Assembly (NCBI GenBank): GCA_965644495.1
Contig: CBFFSA010000004.1
Coordinates: forward strand, 1,067,767 to 1,131,766
Source of the DNA: Perkinsela sp. CCAP 1560/9
Taxonomy: Eukaryota; Protista; Euglenozoa: Kinetoplastea
Reading direction: 5' to 3'
DNA length: 64,000 bases
In this document: piece by piece, positions 42,998 through 54,400 of the stretch
Position numbering within the stretch: position 1 is the first letter of the stretch
How the letters are laid out: the number at the start of each line of letters is the position of its first letter
Notes under the pieces: model-generated
The model's input: only the letters and a program-made list of their open reading frames with translations
What the model was told of the DNA's origin: nothing
Database searches by the model: none
Program-made: the position numbers and the translations under genes

Positions 42998-43396
42998 ATG
43001 ATGTCGTTCTTCAAAATGGTCCTAAGTGCTACGTTTTTTCTTCTTCTAGGTGCGTATTCATTTCCTGGTCCTGTGAATAGGGGGTGTAATTTGTTGTGCA
43101 CGCTGGTGCAAGATAACGATATTGAGAATGAAAATTCTGTTGTAGAGGAAGAAAGCAAGTGTGAATCAATTGATGATATTTCCTATTATGAAGATGGACG
43201 TTTACGTGACTTAAAAAATTCTTCTGAGACTCTTATCGTCACCGATTCTACTTCAGCAAATTACGACGAAGATTGGCCACAGGAACCTGCTCAGCAAAGT
43301 ATGGGCGTTACACCTCATGATCGCAGCTGTAGTGATTCCAAAGCGAACATTGGGAGGATACATCCTGGATTTGTCTCTTCTTTTGATCATTTTTGA
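42998..43396 (+). CDS. Hypothetical acidic protein with signal-peptide-like N-terminus
   Basis: Hydrophobic MVLSATFFLLLGAYS followed by a D/E/S-rich body. Confidence 0.45.
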   Translation: MMSFFKMVLSATFFLLLGAYSFPGPVNRGCNLLCTLVQDNDIENENSVVEEESKCESIDDISYYEDGRLRDLKNSSETLIVTDSTSANYDEDWPQEPAQQSMGVTPHDRSCSDSKANIGRIHPGFVSSFDHF

Positions 43397-43716
43397 CACA
43401 GCTCACATTTAGATGTACAACATACATTTACATGTACATGTATGTTATTCCTTCATCCTTTTTGTGCGCAAGTTAACCTGTACTATTTTCTACTTTCTCT
43501 TCGAAATGATTAGTGCTCACTTCAGTAGTAATACTCTTATTTTAGTGTAGATTTTTCTAATGTTATCTTAAATAATTCTCATCTCGTTCTGTATTCTAGA
43601 AAAATAGTATAAAAAATCTATTTTTGCTTTACCAAACATTATGAAGTCGCTTTTCTGAGAATCAAGTCTCCACACAATCTGGTTTTCCTCAAACTTCGAA
43701 ACTAAGGAATCTGACT

Positions 43717-44817
43717 ATGATACCAACGAGGTCGTATGAGCAGGTTGTGTCCGAGGCGCGGAATAATCTGAACTGCTTCATAGATACCTTACACTGCACA
43801 AATAAAGGCCTTACGTTAGATGAGACATTCATAGCTGATGTTCTGAAATGTGACATTAGAAGACTAAGAGAAACACGGACACAAAGTAGTCGTTTTTGCT
43901 GTAATAGTTACACTTCAAAATCTTTCCTTCATACCATGACGCAAGAAGCGCACAATGCCGGTATTCTGCTCCATGAAGGAATTGCGCTGGATACTGACCG
44001 ATTCGGTGGCATTGGTTGGTTCAATGTTGGAAAACAAATTGTGCACCCCGGAAAACCCATCTGTTCCTTTCCTTTATCTCTCTCAATTAAACCTTCATGT
44101 AAACGTTCAACCCTTAGGATTAGGGGAAGTTTCGATTTTTCATGCCGCCTTGCGCGTCTCATTTGTAGTGAAAATTTTACAAGGTTGTCTACATATCGCT
44201 CATATTTACAGAGCAGCTGCCCTGAATACGCAACTTTAAACTTGGACAAGTCTCCTGCAATTAGAAACGGTCCTTATTTGAGTAAAAAGGAATTAAGCAG
44301 CTCCGGTGGCTTAAATTTTTTGAACAGGATTCAGTTCGCCGTTGAAAAAAAAATGGGATACTTTTCTAAAAGCACTTCATTGGATACAAGAAAGTGGGCC
44401 TTCAGCACTGCCCTTGGTCGTAAATTCTCTACCTATATTATACCGTACGCAGACTTTTTTAATCACTGCAGCACTCCAAATGCACACAGCACAATGCCTG
44501 CCTCAACTGGAACGCGAGTAGTTGATGTCATAGAAAATTATATGAATGGAGTTCCGTTATCTAGGCTTAGCGAATCTTACATGCACACATACGCGCTACG
44601 CAAAATTTTACCAAGGGAGATGATCGAAATTGCTTATAGCGACATGGATCCCTTGGAAACGTCAAATACGCTATACCCATCAAGAGCCAGTGGGCACGAC
44701 CTATGGTTGCTACAGTGGGGTTTTCTACCTCCAGAACGAACACGATACTCAATGGACCAGCTTGATCAGGCCACATCTACAATGTCGCAATTACGTATGA
44801 TGCGCTTCAATTTTTAG
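43717..44817 (+). CDS. SET-domain lysine methyltransferase (Rubisco LSMT-like)
   Basis: GGIGWF, IIPYADFFNHCSTPNA, EMIEIAY, LWLLQWGF. Confidence 0.8.
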   Translation: MIPTRSYEQVVSEARNNLNCFIDTLHCTNKGLTLDETFIADVLKCDIRRLRETRTQSSRFCCNSYTSKSFLHTMTQEAHNAGILLHEGIALDTDRFGGIGWFNVGKQIVHPGKPICSFPLSLSIKPSCKRSTLRIRGSFDFSCRLARLICSENFTRLSTYRSYLQSSCPEYATLNLDKSPAIRNGPYLSKKELSSSGGLNFLNRIQFAVEKKMGYFSKSTSLDTRKWAFSTALGRKFSTYIIPYADFFNHCSTPNAHSTMPASTGTRVVDVIENYMNGVPLSRLSESYMHTYALRKILPREMIEIAYSDMDPLETSNTLYPSRASGHDLWLLQWGFLPPERTRYSMDQLDQATSTMSQLRMMRFNF

Positions 44818-44860
44818 GTGACTTGTTTTAGAATTTTAGAATAACTTCATCATAAAATAA

Positions 44861-47080
44861 ATTGCGGTGGTTGTACAACTACCGCTCTACCCTCGATTAT
44901 TGGAAAAAAAAAGTGAATAAAAACAGTGAAAATATAAAGAGGAACACAGTAATAAATTTGTTAGACTCTTCGCTAAACGCGGTGGTTGTTTTCAACTTAG
45001 AAGTCACTCATGCTGCGCGCTTCGCGTTGAAAACGCCGCGTTTAACGAAGAGCCTAAAAAAGAAACATCGTCAAAAGATCATAAATAATCTATTTTGGGG
45101 GGTAAAAAAGCTCGATTTTTCGGCGAAAAATGCGAAATTTTAACCCGAATTTGGACAGTTTTTGATGCCTTACCCGTAGGGGCAGGAGGCGAATCTGTCA
45201 AAAAAAAAAGACGTCGCAGAATGGTAGCTGAGGTCCAAAACTCTTAAAATACATTTTAGGAGTCAATTTCGGAAAAATAATATTCTTACTTTTTGTTTGG
45301 TGAAAAAAATGATTTTTTGGTTACCGTTACCCCCCCGCTTACTTAGCCCCCACTTTTTGGCCCAAGACCCGTACTTTGTGGTGAACTTCATTCCTGCAGC
45401 TACGTAGCATTCCTGTAACCGTTATCATTTCCCCCCGGAACGTTAAACCAGACTGTGGTTTAAAATCCCGGTATGACGGCGTCGTCTTCACCGACGTGTG
45501 CACCAAGAACCTTTGTTCATCGATGTTTGTGCGCCATCTGTGTCCCTCCTTGAAGACCACTGGGCGTGACTCTGCCTCGCCTTACCCCGATGCAACGGTC
45601 GGTTGCAGTGCACCCCTCCGGCTGTGTAAAGAGGTGGTAAGTTGTCTGAGAAAATTCCGACACCCCCCTTACTTCACCACACGTCCAGCGACTAAATGTG
45701 GTGAAGGCGACTAAATGTGGGGGAGGCGAAGTAAAGGGGGGGTAACGGTACACCAAAAAATTCGGAAATTTTTAACTTGTCGGACCCCTCCAGCGCGTAG
45801 CAGGGGGGTATCCCCAGGTGGGGGGTGGGGGGGTGGAAAATTATCGCCGCGGCATACACTCTACCACTTCGCCGCGCTCGATTTTGAAAAGCAAAAATTT
45901 CGAAAAAAAATCGCGACGCATGCCCCCTCCCTGGACCCCCCCTAGACCCCCCCCTGCCCCCCCCCCTGGACCCCCCCCTGCACCCACCCTGGACCCCCCC
46001 ATGGACCCCCCATTTTTTTGAATTTTTTTTTCAGTTTTGGACCATCGGGGCCCCTTTTATATTTTTTTCTTCGACATTTTTTCTTCTGTATTATAAACTT
46101 TTTTTCTTCTATTACTGTGTTCCAGTTTATATTTTCTTTTCAAAAATGGGGTCTGGGGGGGCAGGGGGGGCATACGTCGCGAAACTTTTTTTTGATTTTT
46201 TTTCTTTTCAAAGAGTATGCTGCGGCGATGATTTTCCACCCCCCACATTTGGGGGTGACCCCCCCTGGCACGCGCAGGAGTGGTCCGACAAGTTCGAAAT
46301 TATTAAAAATTTTGGGATGACCCAAAAACAAATTTTTGACCAAAAAAAGTAAAAGTATCATTTTTCCAAAATGGACTCCTAAAACGCATTCTGAGAGTTT
46401 GGGAACTCAGCCACCGTTGTACGAAGTTTTTTTCAACAGATTCGCCTTCTACCCCTGTTGATTTTCGAAATCGAGCGTAGGGAAGTGGTAGAGTAGGACG
46501 CGGCGATGACTTTCCACCCCCCCACCAGGGGGTAACCCCCCCTGGTACGCGCGGGAGGGGTCCGACAAGGTCAAAAATTCGGAAATTTTTGGGATGACCA
46601 AAAAAAGTATTTGACCCGAAAAAAAGTAAAAATATTATTTTTCGAAAATCGACTCCTAAACCGTATTTGGAGAGTTTGGGACCCCAGCTACCATTCTGCG
46701 ACGTTTTTTTCGTCAGATTCGCCTCCTACCCCTTCTGGTAAGGCATCAAAAACGGCCTAAATTCGGGTTAAAATTTCGCATTTTTTGCCGAAAAATCGAG
46801 GTTTTCTCCCCAAAAAAATAGATTATTTATGATCTTTTCGCGATTTTTCTTTTTAGGCTCTTCGTTAAACGCGGAGGTAGTTTTCAACGCGAAGCGCGCA
46901 GCATGAGTGACTTCTAAGTTGAAAACAACCACCGCGTTTAACGAAGAGCCTAAAAAAGAAAACCGGTGGTCCAAAAAAACAAGAAAACCCGGTGGTCCAA
47001 AACTGAAAAAAAATCAAAAAAATGGGGTGCCCATGGGGGGGCTTTTTTAAAAAAATGGGGTCGTTTTTTGAATTTTCTCT
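44861..47080. mobile_element. Nest of rearranged non-autonomous rolling-circle units (subfamily A) in both orientations
   Basis: Fixed end ATTGCGGTGGTTG at 44861, long palindromes at ~44961-45060 and ~46851-46957, and internal segments homologous to 11162-11725. Confidence 0.8.
45324..45748. mobile_element. MITE, 425 bp, CCGT-starting TIRs, TA-flanked, nested in a rolling-circle unit
   Basis: TA|CCGTTACCCCCCC..TTACTTAGCC ... GGCGAAGTAAAGGGGGGGTAACGG|TA. The flanks rejoin as the uninterrupted sequence seen at ~11510-11540. Confidence 0.85.
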
Positions 47081-47274
47081 CAGGACCGCTACGGTCAGCT
47101 CGTTTTGAACGAGCAGCTGAAGGGCCGGACTGCAGCTTCCTCCCTCCCCGCTCCTCCGCCGACGAGAAAGGCGGCCACGCGGGCGTGGCAATACCGTTTG
47201 CATATTTTTCTGTTTTTGAAAATTTCTTGATGTGCAAAGTCACGAGGGTATCAAAATTTCTAAAAATGCTGAAA

Positions 47275-47640
47275 CGCTCCAGCGCGTGGGTCGCGCACTG
47301 AGAACCTGTGCCTACCCCTTCCGCAGGATTGTCCAGAGGCAAGGCCCAACTGTGAGCGAATCCCACTTCTGGAGGCAAAGGCCCCAGTTTGCGAGCAAGG
47401 CCCAACTGTGAGCGTAGCCCTGGGACATAATTATATTTTTTGGCGACCCGCGCGCTCCAGCGCGTGGGTCGCGCACTGAGAACCTGTGCCTACCCCTTCC
47501 GCAGGATTGTCCAGAGGCAAAAGGTCCAACTGTGAGCGAAGCCCACGTCTGGAGGCAAAGGCCCCAGTTTGCGAGCAAAACCCAATTGTGAGTGAAGCCC
47601 ACTTCTGGAGGCAAAAGCCCCCGTTTGCGAGCAAGGCCTA
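47275..47640. repeat. Hierarchical GC-rich tandem repeat (~179-bp duplication containing ~60-bp subunits)
   Basis: CGCTCCAGCGCGTGGGTCGCGCACTGAGAACC... at 47275 and 47453; subunit CCCAACTGTGAGCGAA.CCCAC.TCTGGAGGCAAAGGCCCCAGTTTGCGAGCAA x3. Confidence 0.85.
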
Positions 47641-48339
47641 ACCCAATCCATCCAATACAAAATACCGACAAAGTCGGCTAAAACACTTAGTACTTTCACA
47701 TGAAACATTTCCATCTCTATCACCTCCAAATTAGGAGTTTTTGTGCCTATCCTATCCTATCCTATAATACCCCTGCCGGGTAAATGGGTAATTACCCGCA
47801 TTGACAGGTCGACTTAGAAAGCTACATACAGGGGGGTAAATCAGATGCTGCGGGGGGTCTAAAAATTATAAAACCCTTCAAATTTTGGAAAATGACAGCG
47901 CATTCGAGAGCTCTCGCAGAGTTCTAGGTTTTTGCGCTATTTTCACCCCAAAAGAAAACAATTTTGTTTATGGCATTTTTTTAAAGTTTTTTTGCCCCTC
48001 TAAAATTTGCAGTTTTTCCCAAATTTGCTCATTTTTTCGTTTTTTCTCCATTTCGTCTCAGTTTTTGCCGCGAAAGCGATCCCGTTCTATGCAGAACAAA
48101 GGATCTCTCTCCGATAGGGCGTACTCCTCCCCTGGGCACACCAAATATTCACATACAGTAGCAAAAAAACCGTCAGCAAAAAAACCGTTCGAATGTTTCG
48201 GTTTTTTCTTCTTTTGTATAGAGCTATTGATTAAATATCACCGTTGCGCTGGTAATGTGTGCTAGTAGCATGAGTGTCACCTAATAGTACCCGTAGATAG
48301 TTTGCCTCAGTTCGTTCTACCAAAGAAATAAGAATGAAT

Positions 48340-49225
48340 ATTGCGGTGGTTGTAAAACTACCGCTCTACACTCGATTATTGAAAAAAAAGTGAACAAAAA
48401 CAGTGAAAATGTAAAGGGTAACACAGTAATATAATAGAAGAAAAAAATATAAAAGGGGGCTCCGGTGGTCCAAAACTGAAAAAAAAAATTGAAAAAAATG
48501 GGGGGTCTAGGGGGGGGGGTCCAGGGGGGGGGCATGGTCGATCAAATTTTTTCGAAAAAATTAGTTTTCGAAAAAAACCGCAGAAAGGGTAGCCGGGGTC
48601 TTGGCGCGCATTTTCCACCCCCCTACCCGGGGGTGACCCCCCCGCGTATCCGCAGGACGGGTCCGCCAAGTTCGGATTTTTTCGGAAAAATTTTTTCGAA
48701 AAAAAATTCAACTTGGCGAAAAAAATGACAAAAAAAATATTTTTCCAAAATCGTTTCCCCTATTGTATTTTGATAGTTTGGGACCTACACTAGCTTTCTA
48801 CGCAGTTGTTTTCGCAAGGTATCACTTCTTCGAACTGTGGTGCGCCCCTCAAAATGACCCACTTTTGACTAAAAAAGGTGAAAAAGTATTTTTCGGACCT
48901 AAAGGGGCATTTTTGTGTCGAAAGAATGGTATGGTTGGAGTCGCATTCTCTACCCAATACGTTCGGTAGGCTTTCATTCATGCCTGCGAGTGATTTCCCA
49001 CGCGCAAATGTCGGATTTAGTGCTCTGAGAGCAAAAATGTGCGAAAATGACCCCATTTGTACCCGAAATTCGGCTATTTTTGGCTATAATCTTTCCGTTT
49101 TCCAGGCTAAATTTTCTTTTTTAGGCTCTTCGTTAAACGCGGCGGTAGTTTTCAACGCGAAGCGCGCAGCATGAGTGACTTCTAAGTTGAAAGCAACCAC
49201 CGCGTTTAACGAAGAGCCTAAAAAA
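48340..49225 (+). mobile_element. Complete ~885-bp non-autonomous rolling-circle unit (subfamily B), inverted relative to the autonomous element
   Basis: Starts ATTGCGGTGGTTGTAAAACTACCGC, ends in the long palindrome ...CGAAGAGCCTAAAAAA, and is a near-identical reverse complement of 61636-62552. Confidence 0.9.
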
Positions 49226-50648
49226 GAAATAACTCGAAAAATATAACTCGTTAATCACTGCATCCTTCCTAAAATTCTGTACGTAAACTTTTAATATATT
49301 TTTTTATATAATAATTTATTTTAGGCTCTTCGTTAAACGCGGTGGTTGCTTTCAACTTAGAAGTCACTCATGCTGCGCTATTCGCGTTGAAAACTACCGC
49401 CGCGTTTAACGAAGAGCCTAAAAAAGAAAATTGGCCAGGGACGCGGAAGAAAACGGAAGAATTTGAGCCAAAAATAGCCGATGTTTTGGTAAAAATGGGG
49501 TGATTTTTTGTATATAGAGCACTAAAGTCGAGAATGCGACTCCAACCACACGATTCGTACGACTCAAAAAGACCTCTTGGTGTCCAAAAATTACTTTTTC
49601 GCATTTTTTGATCAAAAATGGGACATTTTGGGAGGCGTACCACGGCTTCAAGAAGCGACACCTCGCAAAACCAATGACGTAAAAAGCTAGAATAGGCCAC
49701 GAACTATAAAAATACAATAGGCAAAACAAATTTGGAAAAATATTCTTTTTACCAATTTTTTCGTCAAGTTGAAAATTTTTTCAAAATTTTTTTTCCGAAA
49801 AAATCGGAACTTGACGGACCCGTCTTGCGGATACGAGGGGGGGTCACCCCCGGGTAGGGTATGCCCCCCCCATAGACCCCCCAGTTTTTTCAATTTTTGT
49901 TTTCAATTTTGGACCACCGGATCCCCCTTTTATATTTTTTTCCTTTACGGCGTTTAACGAAGAGCTTAGAAAAGAAAAATTTGACAGGAGAGTAAAAGAA
50001 ACCAGAGGGATAACTCTGGATTTGGTCCAAAAAGAGCCGATAGTTGGGCAAAAATAGGGTTGTTTTTGCATATTTCCGCTCACATGTGTTTTCCTTCGGT
50101 TCGCACGATTTTGAACGAAGCAGGGTGGAGACCTCTTTTTTTGAAAGGCCCTTGAATTCACCCCGGCTTTTGAAGGGGGGGGGATTTACTTCGTGGGTTT
50201 ACTTCTTCGTTTTGATTCATTTGGTTTACGCCAGGGGTGCAGTTAATGCCATGTCGGAACGCTTTTCTGACAGTAAGTTGGATATGCACTAATTCAGTCA
50301 TCAAAAGCATATTTGTTGAATGATCAGGCTAAAAATAGAAGAAGTGATGACTGCAACTGTAGATCTGCTATGTAAATGTAAACATTTTTTTAACAAATTT
50401 AGTTTCAATTGTATTTATTTGAGTTTAGAAAATGCGAAGTTACAAATACTTACAGAGGGTTTCCGAGACACAAAGTAAAACCACAGAAAAACTTTGATGC
50501 GATGAAACGTAAAAAAACGGTGCTGTGGACGAATTTAAGCCGAAAATTTCTCGAAAGAAAAGTGTTTTATTTCCTTCTCCAACCTTCGAATCATGAATTC
50601 AAAATTTTAAACCAACTTTCACTTCCAAACGTCTTCTTACACACTTAT

Positions 50649-50990
50649 TCAGAAAATTAAGTATCTGTTTCTCTTCTTTTTCCCTTTGAAGTAAACGCTC
50701 GATGCGCGCTTCGCTTCTTCCGTAGTGCTAAAACACACGTGCGCCAGTCCTTTTTTTGATACGATTGTTATGCAATCGATTTCACCATACGAAGCGTAAT
50801 GCTTGGTAAGGTCTTCTTTAGTCGTAGAGGAGGGAAGGTGTTCTATTGTGATTGAGCGCTCGTCACGCTCTTCGCGCGCAGAGCGCAAAACGTGTAGAGA
50901 TTCTAAGTAATCATCTCTTTTGCGCTTTGTATCTCTTTCCTTGTCGGAAATGTCGTTACCATTGGTTGATTGATTCTCCGCCGAGGCCAT
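50649..50990 (-). CDS. Small single-RRM protein (113 aa) inside the Helitron-like element
   Basis: DERSITIEHLPSSTTKEDL..HY..YGEI..ITIV..KGLAHVCF.T.EEA..A gives RNP2/RNP1. ATG at 50990; the upstream part of the tracked ORF is repeat-derived. Confidence 0.75.
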   Translation of the reverse strand: MASAENQSTNGNDISDKERDTKRKRDDYLESLHVLRSAREERDERSITIEHLPSSTTKEDLTKHYASYGEIDCITIVSKKGLAHVCFSTTEEAKRASSVYFKGKKKRNRYLIF

Positions 50991-51482
50991 AGTAAATTCA
51001 AAGAAAGTTTTTAAAAAAATCAAGCTGAGTCTAGAAACATTCAACTTAAAAAGCAATACATGAACGTAGAAGTCTTGTTTTTGAAGGGCCTGCCCGGAGG
51101 GCCCTTCGAGAGGGTGCAGACCCGCTGCCGCGGGGGGTGCTTTACCTCGTGACATGTAATTTTGAAGGAAACAAGCTTCTGATAACTTTTTTTGCAGGGC
51201 CCGCCCGGAGCGCCCTTCGAGAGGGTACAGGCCCGCTGCCGCGGTGGGTGCTTTTGAAGCAAACAAGCTTCTGAAATTTCGATAAAAAAAATTGAAAGCA
51301 ATTTTGACGGAGCGTAATTCTGCAGCTATGATGGAGACATTTTTTTTTGGTAGAGGGCGCGTGAGCGTTGGGGTCACTCGCACTTCTTCTGCCGAAGCTG
51401 AAGACGCCGGGCTTGTGACCGGTATCAAGCGTGCTTCCCCCCTAGAGAGGTCTTCCTAAGAAGATCGTTTCAATCTAATTTC

Positions 51483-54400
51483 TTAGAATTGATAAGTCAA
51501 ATCGGTAAGCCGATTTGCTTTTTCCATGGCCGGAAATTTAGGCCTATGGTAACCTGAAGTCAGGTGTGTTCCTGGGCGATCTGTGCCCATGCCAGGGAGC
51601 ACTCGAATATCATCGAGGCATTGTGCCCTGGATATTGCTACTGTGAGCTTGGCGAGTTCCGGTCTCTTGGACCACGCCTTATCATTCAAGTCAAGAATAA
51701 CACCTTTCTTCACGGTGATACCTTGTACTTTGTGATACGTATAGGCAAATCCCAATTCCACTTGAAAGTTTCCTTGGGAAGCCTTATCATGGTGCTGCGC
51801 CTTTTTGGCGTAAAATTCTACACCTGACCCCTTCTCAATGCATTGCATAAAAGAAGGGGCTTTTCGTAGATAACGAACACCATCAATAGTGTCGTATGAC
51901 AAATCGTCTGACACAAGGTCTCTCATTTCAATCACTGTCCCATTCGCAATTTTCATTGTATAAGGAGCAATGTTCTCGGTGATTACACCGGGTGCTCCTT
52001 TTACAAATACAGAAAATGCTTCAGGGTGTGTGTCAATGAGTTTACCTTGGACGTTATCGCCTGTCCATGCGAACAATGGGCAATTGTGACGTCTGGAAAA
52101 ATTTCTTGCCATTGCGACATTAATCTTGTGCCGTTCAATATTTGTTCCAACAATGACAATTGCATTGCGGAACTTTTCTTGGTCCTCAGAGGTAAGAGGT
52201 TTTACCAATTGGATGAACTTCTTCAACCCCTCATTGGGAGCTTTTCGAAGAAGACGCAAGATATCTGAAAATACAGTATCTTGTCGTGCTCGCATTTGCT
52301 GTTTGAGTTCAAACACATACGAGACTTGAAAAATATTCTCAAAAATGGGATTATTACCAAGAGAGCTATCTTCTATGGTAAGAGACGCTCCTTGTACTGG
52401 TCTCAGCTGATAAAAATCTCCAACAAAGAGCATGTTGATGCCTCCATAGGGAAGCTGCTCATTTCCTTTGATTTGCTGCAGTCTAGTGTTGATACAGGCA
52501 AGGAAACACTTGCTGATCATTGACACTTCGTCGACTATGATTAATCGACATTTCTCATACCTTTGTTGGTATGGTAGAAGGCTACTGCTTGAAAGATGTT
52601 TCAAATTTCTTGCAGTAGCCCCTATCGGTATGCAGAGGGAAGCGTGTATTGTGCAACAGTGCAGTACTGATGCGGCGATCCCAGTGGGCGCCATTGCAAT
52701 ACATTGGCTTCCCAGTTCTTGCATTATGAAACGGGAAACTAGACTTTTCCCGGTTCCGGGGCCACCGAGCAGAAACATACATTTCCGCTCGGGGTCTAGT
52801 TTCCCGTTTAGTAAATCTTCAATTTGATTTACGCACTGTTTCTGTGCTTGGTTCAGTTCAATGGAATTGTTGTCTTCGCGCAATATGTAGCTGCGATCGA
52901 ACGTAATCTCTTCGTATTGATTACTGCGAACCAGTGGACGATCCTCATTAAAATGAGCTCTGTCCACTGGTGCACTTGGCTCAGATTGAGCCGAAGTTGC
53001 AAATCGTTCGTTTTGGATCATTTCAGCATAGCGCTCTCGCGCATTTATGACTGAAATATTGGACCTCGTCCTTGTCATTGTCGATGCAAGATCAACATTT
53101 TCTTCAGAGGAGTTCTCAGTAGAACCTCCTAACGCGGCCGTTAAAGCTCGCGTTTGTAGTTCGCAGTATGCATTCTGCTGAACCAATCGCTCTTCATTAA
53201 CCACTGCAGTGTTCTGCTGTGCTTCAAGAGCATCTTGAAGATGAGGTTCAACCTCTCGCACTTCAAGCTCATTTTCGTACGCAATGTTGCGTGCTAATCT
53301 TGCTTCTTCCAGAGTGCAAGCATCTTTGCGTCGATACAAATCTGCCGCGTTCTCTGTATTCTTCGAAGCATGTAAAAGCCGAAGAAAGTTGCACATTATG
53401 TCATACTTTCCAGGCGTATTTATTTTCGCTTCATTGAGAAGCTTTTCAAACCCTTCTAGGGTCATTTCATGGCTCGGTGAGCCTTTCGTCCATGGGGAAA
53501 ACAATGCCACCATGTGTTTCGCTACTCGAAGATGGCTTCGAGCTCGTGCCCCAGGTTCTTTTGAAGAACTCAATATGGGAAAACCTGGTATAGCTGGCAC
53601 AGTGTGCAAAGAGCGCAACTGTTGCTCAACAATATCTCCAGGCTCAAATTCCGGGTGGCCGTCAATGTCCTCAAAGGCGTATCTCCCATTAGCACGACGT
53701 CCGCGACGACGTCTTCGATTTGTCCCTGACTCAAAATCTGAATCATGATCGGGCTCTTCTTGAGCTAGTTCAGCTCTTTTCTTCTTTACGCTGACAATGC
53801 CTGCATAGGAATACAGGTCAAGGTCTTGAAGATCTTCGCCCCTGTGCATGTAACGCACATGGAGTGGTGCAAGAACTGCACAATCATGTTCGGTGATCAT
53901 TAGAGGAGCCTCTAAGATACCGTTGTCGAACTCCATATTAGAGTCTTGTGACGAATCATCGTCACTGATTTCTGGATCTCTGTGATCAGACTCACTTGGG
54001 ATATTTGCCAGGAACTTCATTACACGGTTCATATTGATCCATGTGAAGTTATGGCTCATATACTCGGAGGATTGGCCGAGACAAAAGGCAGTTGCCATTT
54101 CGATTGAAACTTCTATCTTTCGATGTGTCATGTTCGACAATTTCTGTAGAACTAAGCGCGCCATCGGAATGTCAGTTTGCACTCTGTTCTCTGAATTCAG
54201 ACCCATTTGAAGGTGGTCATTGGCTGCGCGAAGTGCTGGTACAATGTACACAGGTGGACCAATGTCCTTGCTCATATATTTTATGAGATATTGCATAATT
54301 TTTATGCCTGGACCTTCGCTCCCAATGAAAACTACACATGTATTGCATCTTACGCAAGCAGTGAGTGTTTCATTGTACGGAACGGTGATGGATCCCCGTT

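Noticed and set aside
45517-45756. PEGCT in an ORF inside the CCGT MITE as a pogo transposase remnant
   Set aside because: Too short, and the expected QPxD motif is absent in frame.
47275-47640. Repeat array considered as a CRISPR or SL RNA gene array
   Set aside because: No unique spacers, no cas genes, eukaryotic context and no SL exon motif; it is a hierarchical tandem repeat.
50991-51428. N-terminal 146 aa of the tracked 259-aa ORF
   Set aside because: Non-ATG start; it translates the twin hairpin repeats and a T-rich tract. The credible gene starts at ATG 50990.
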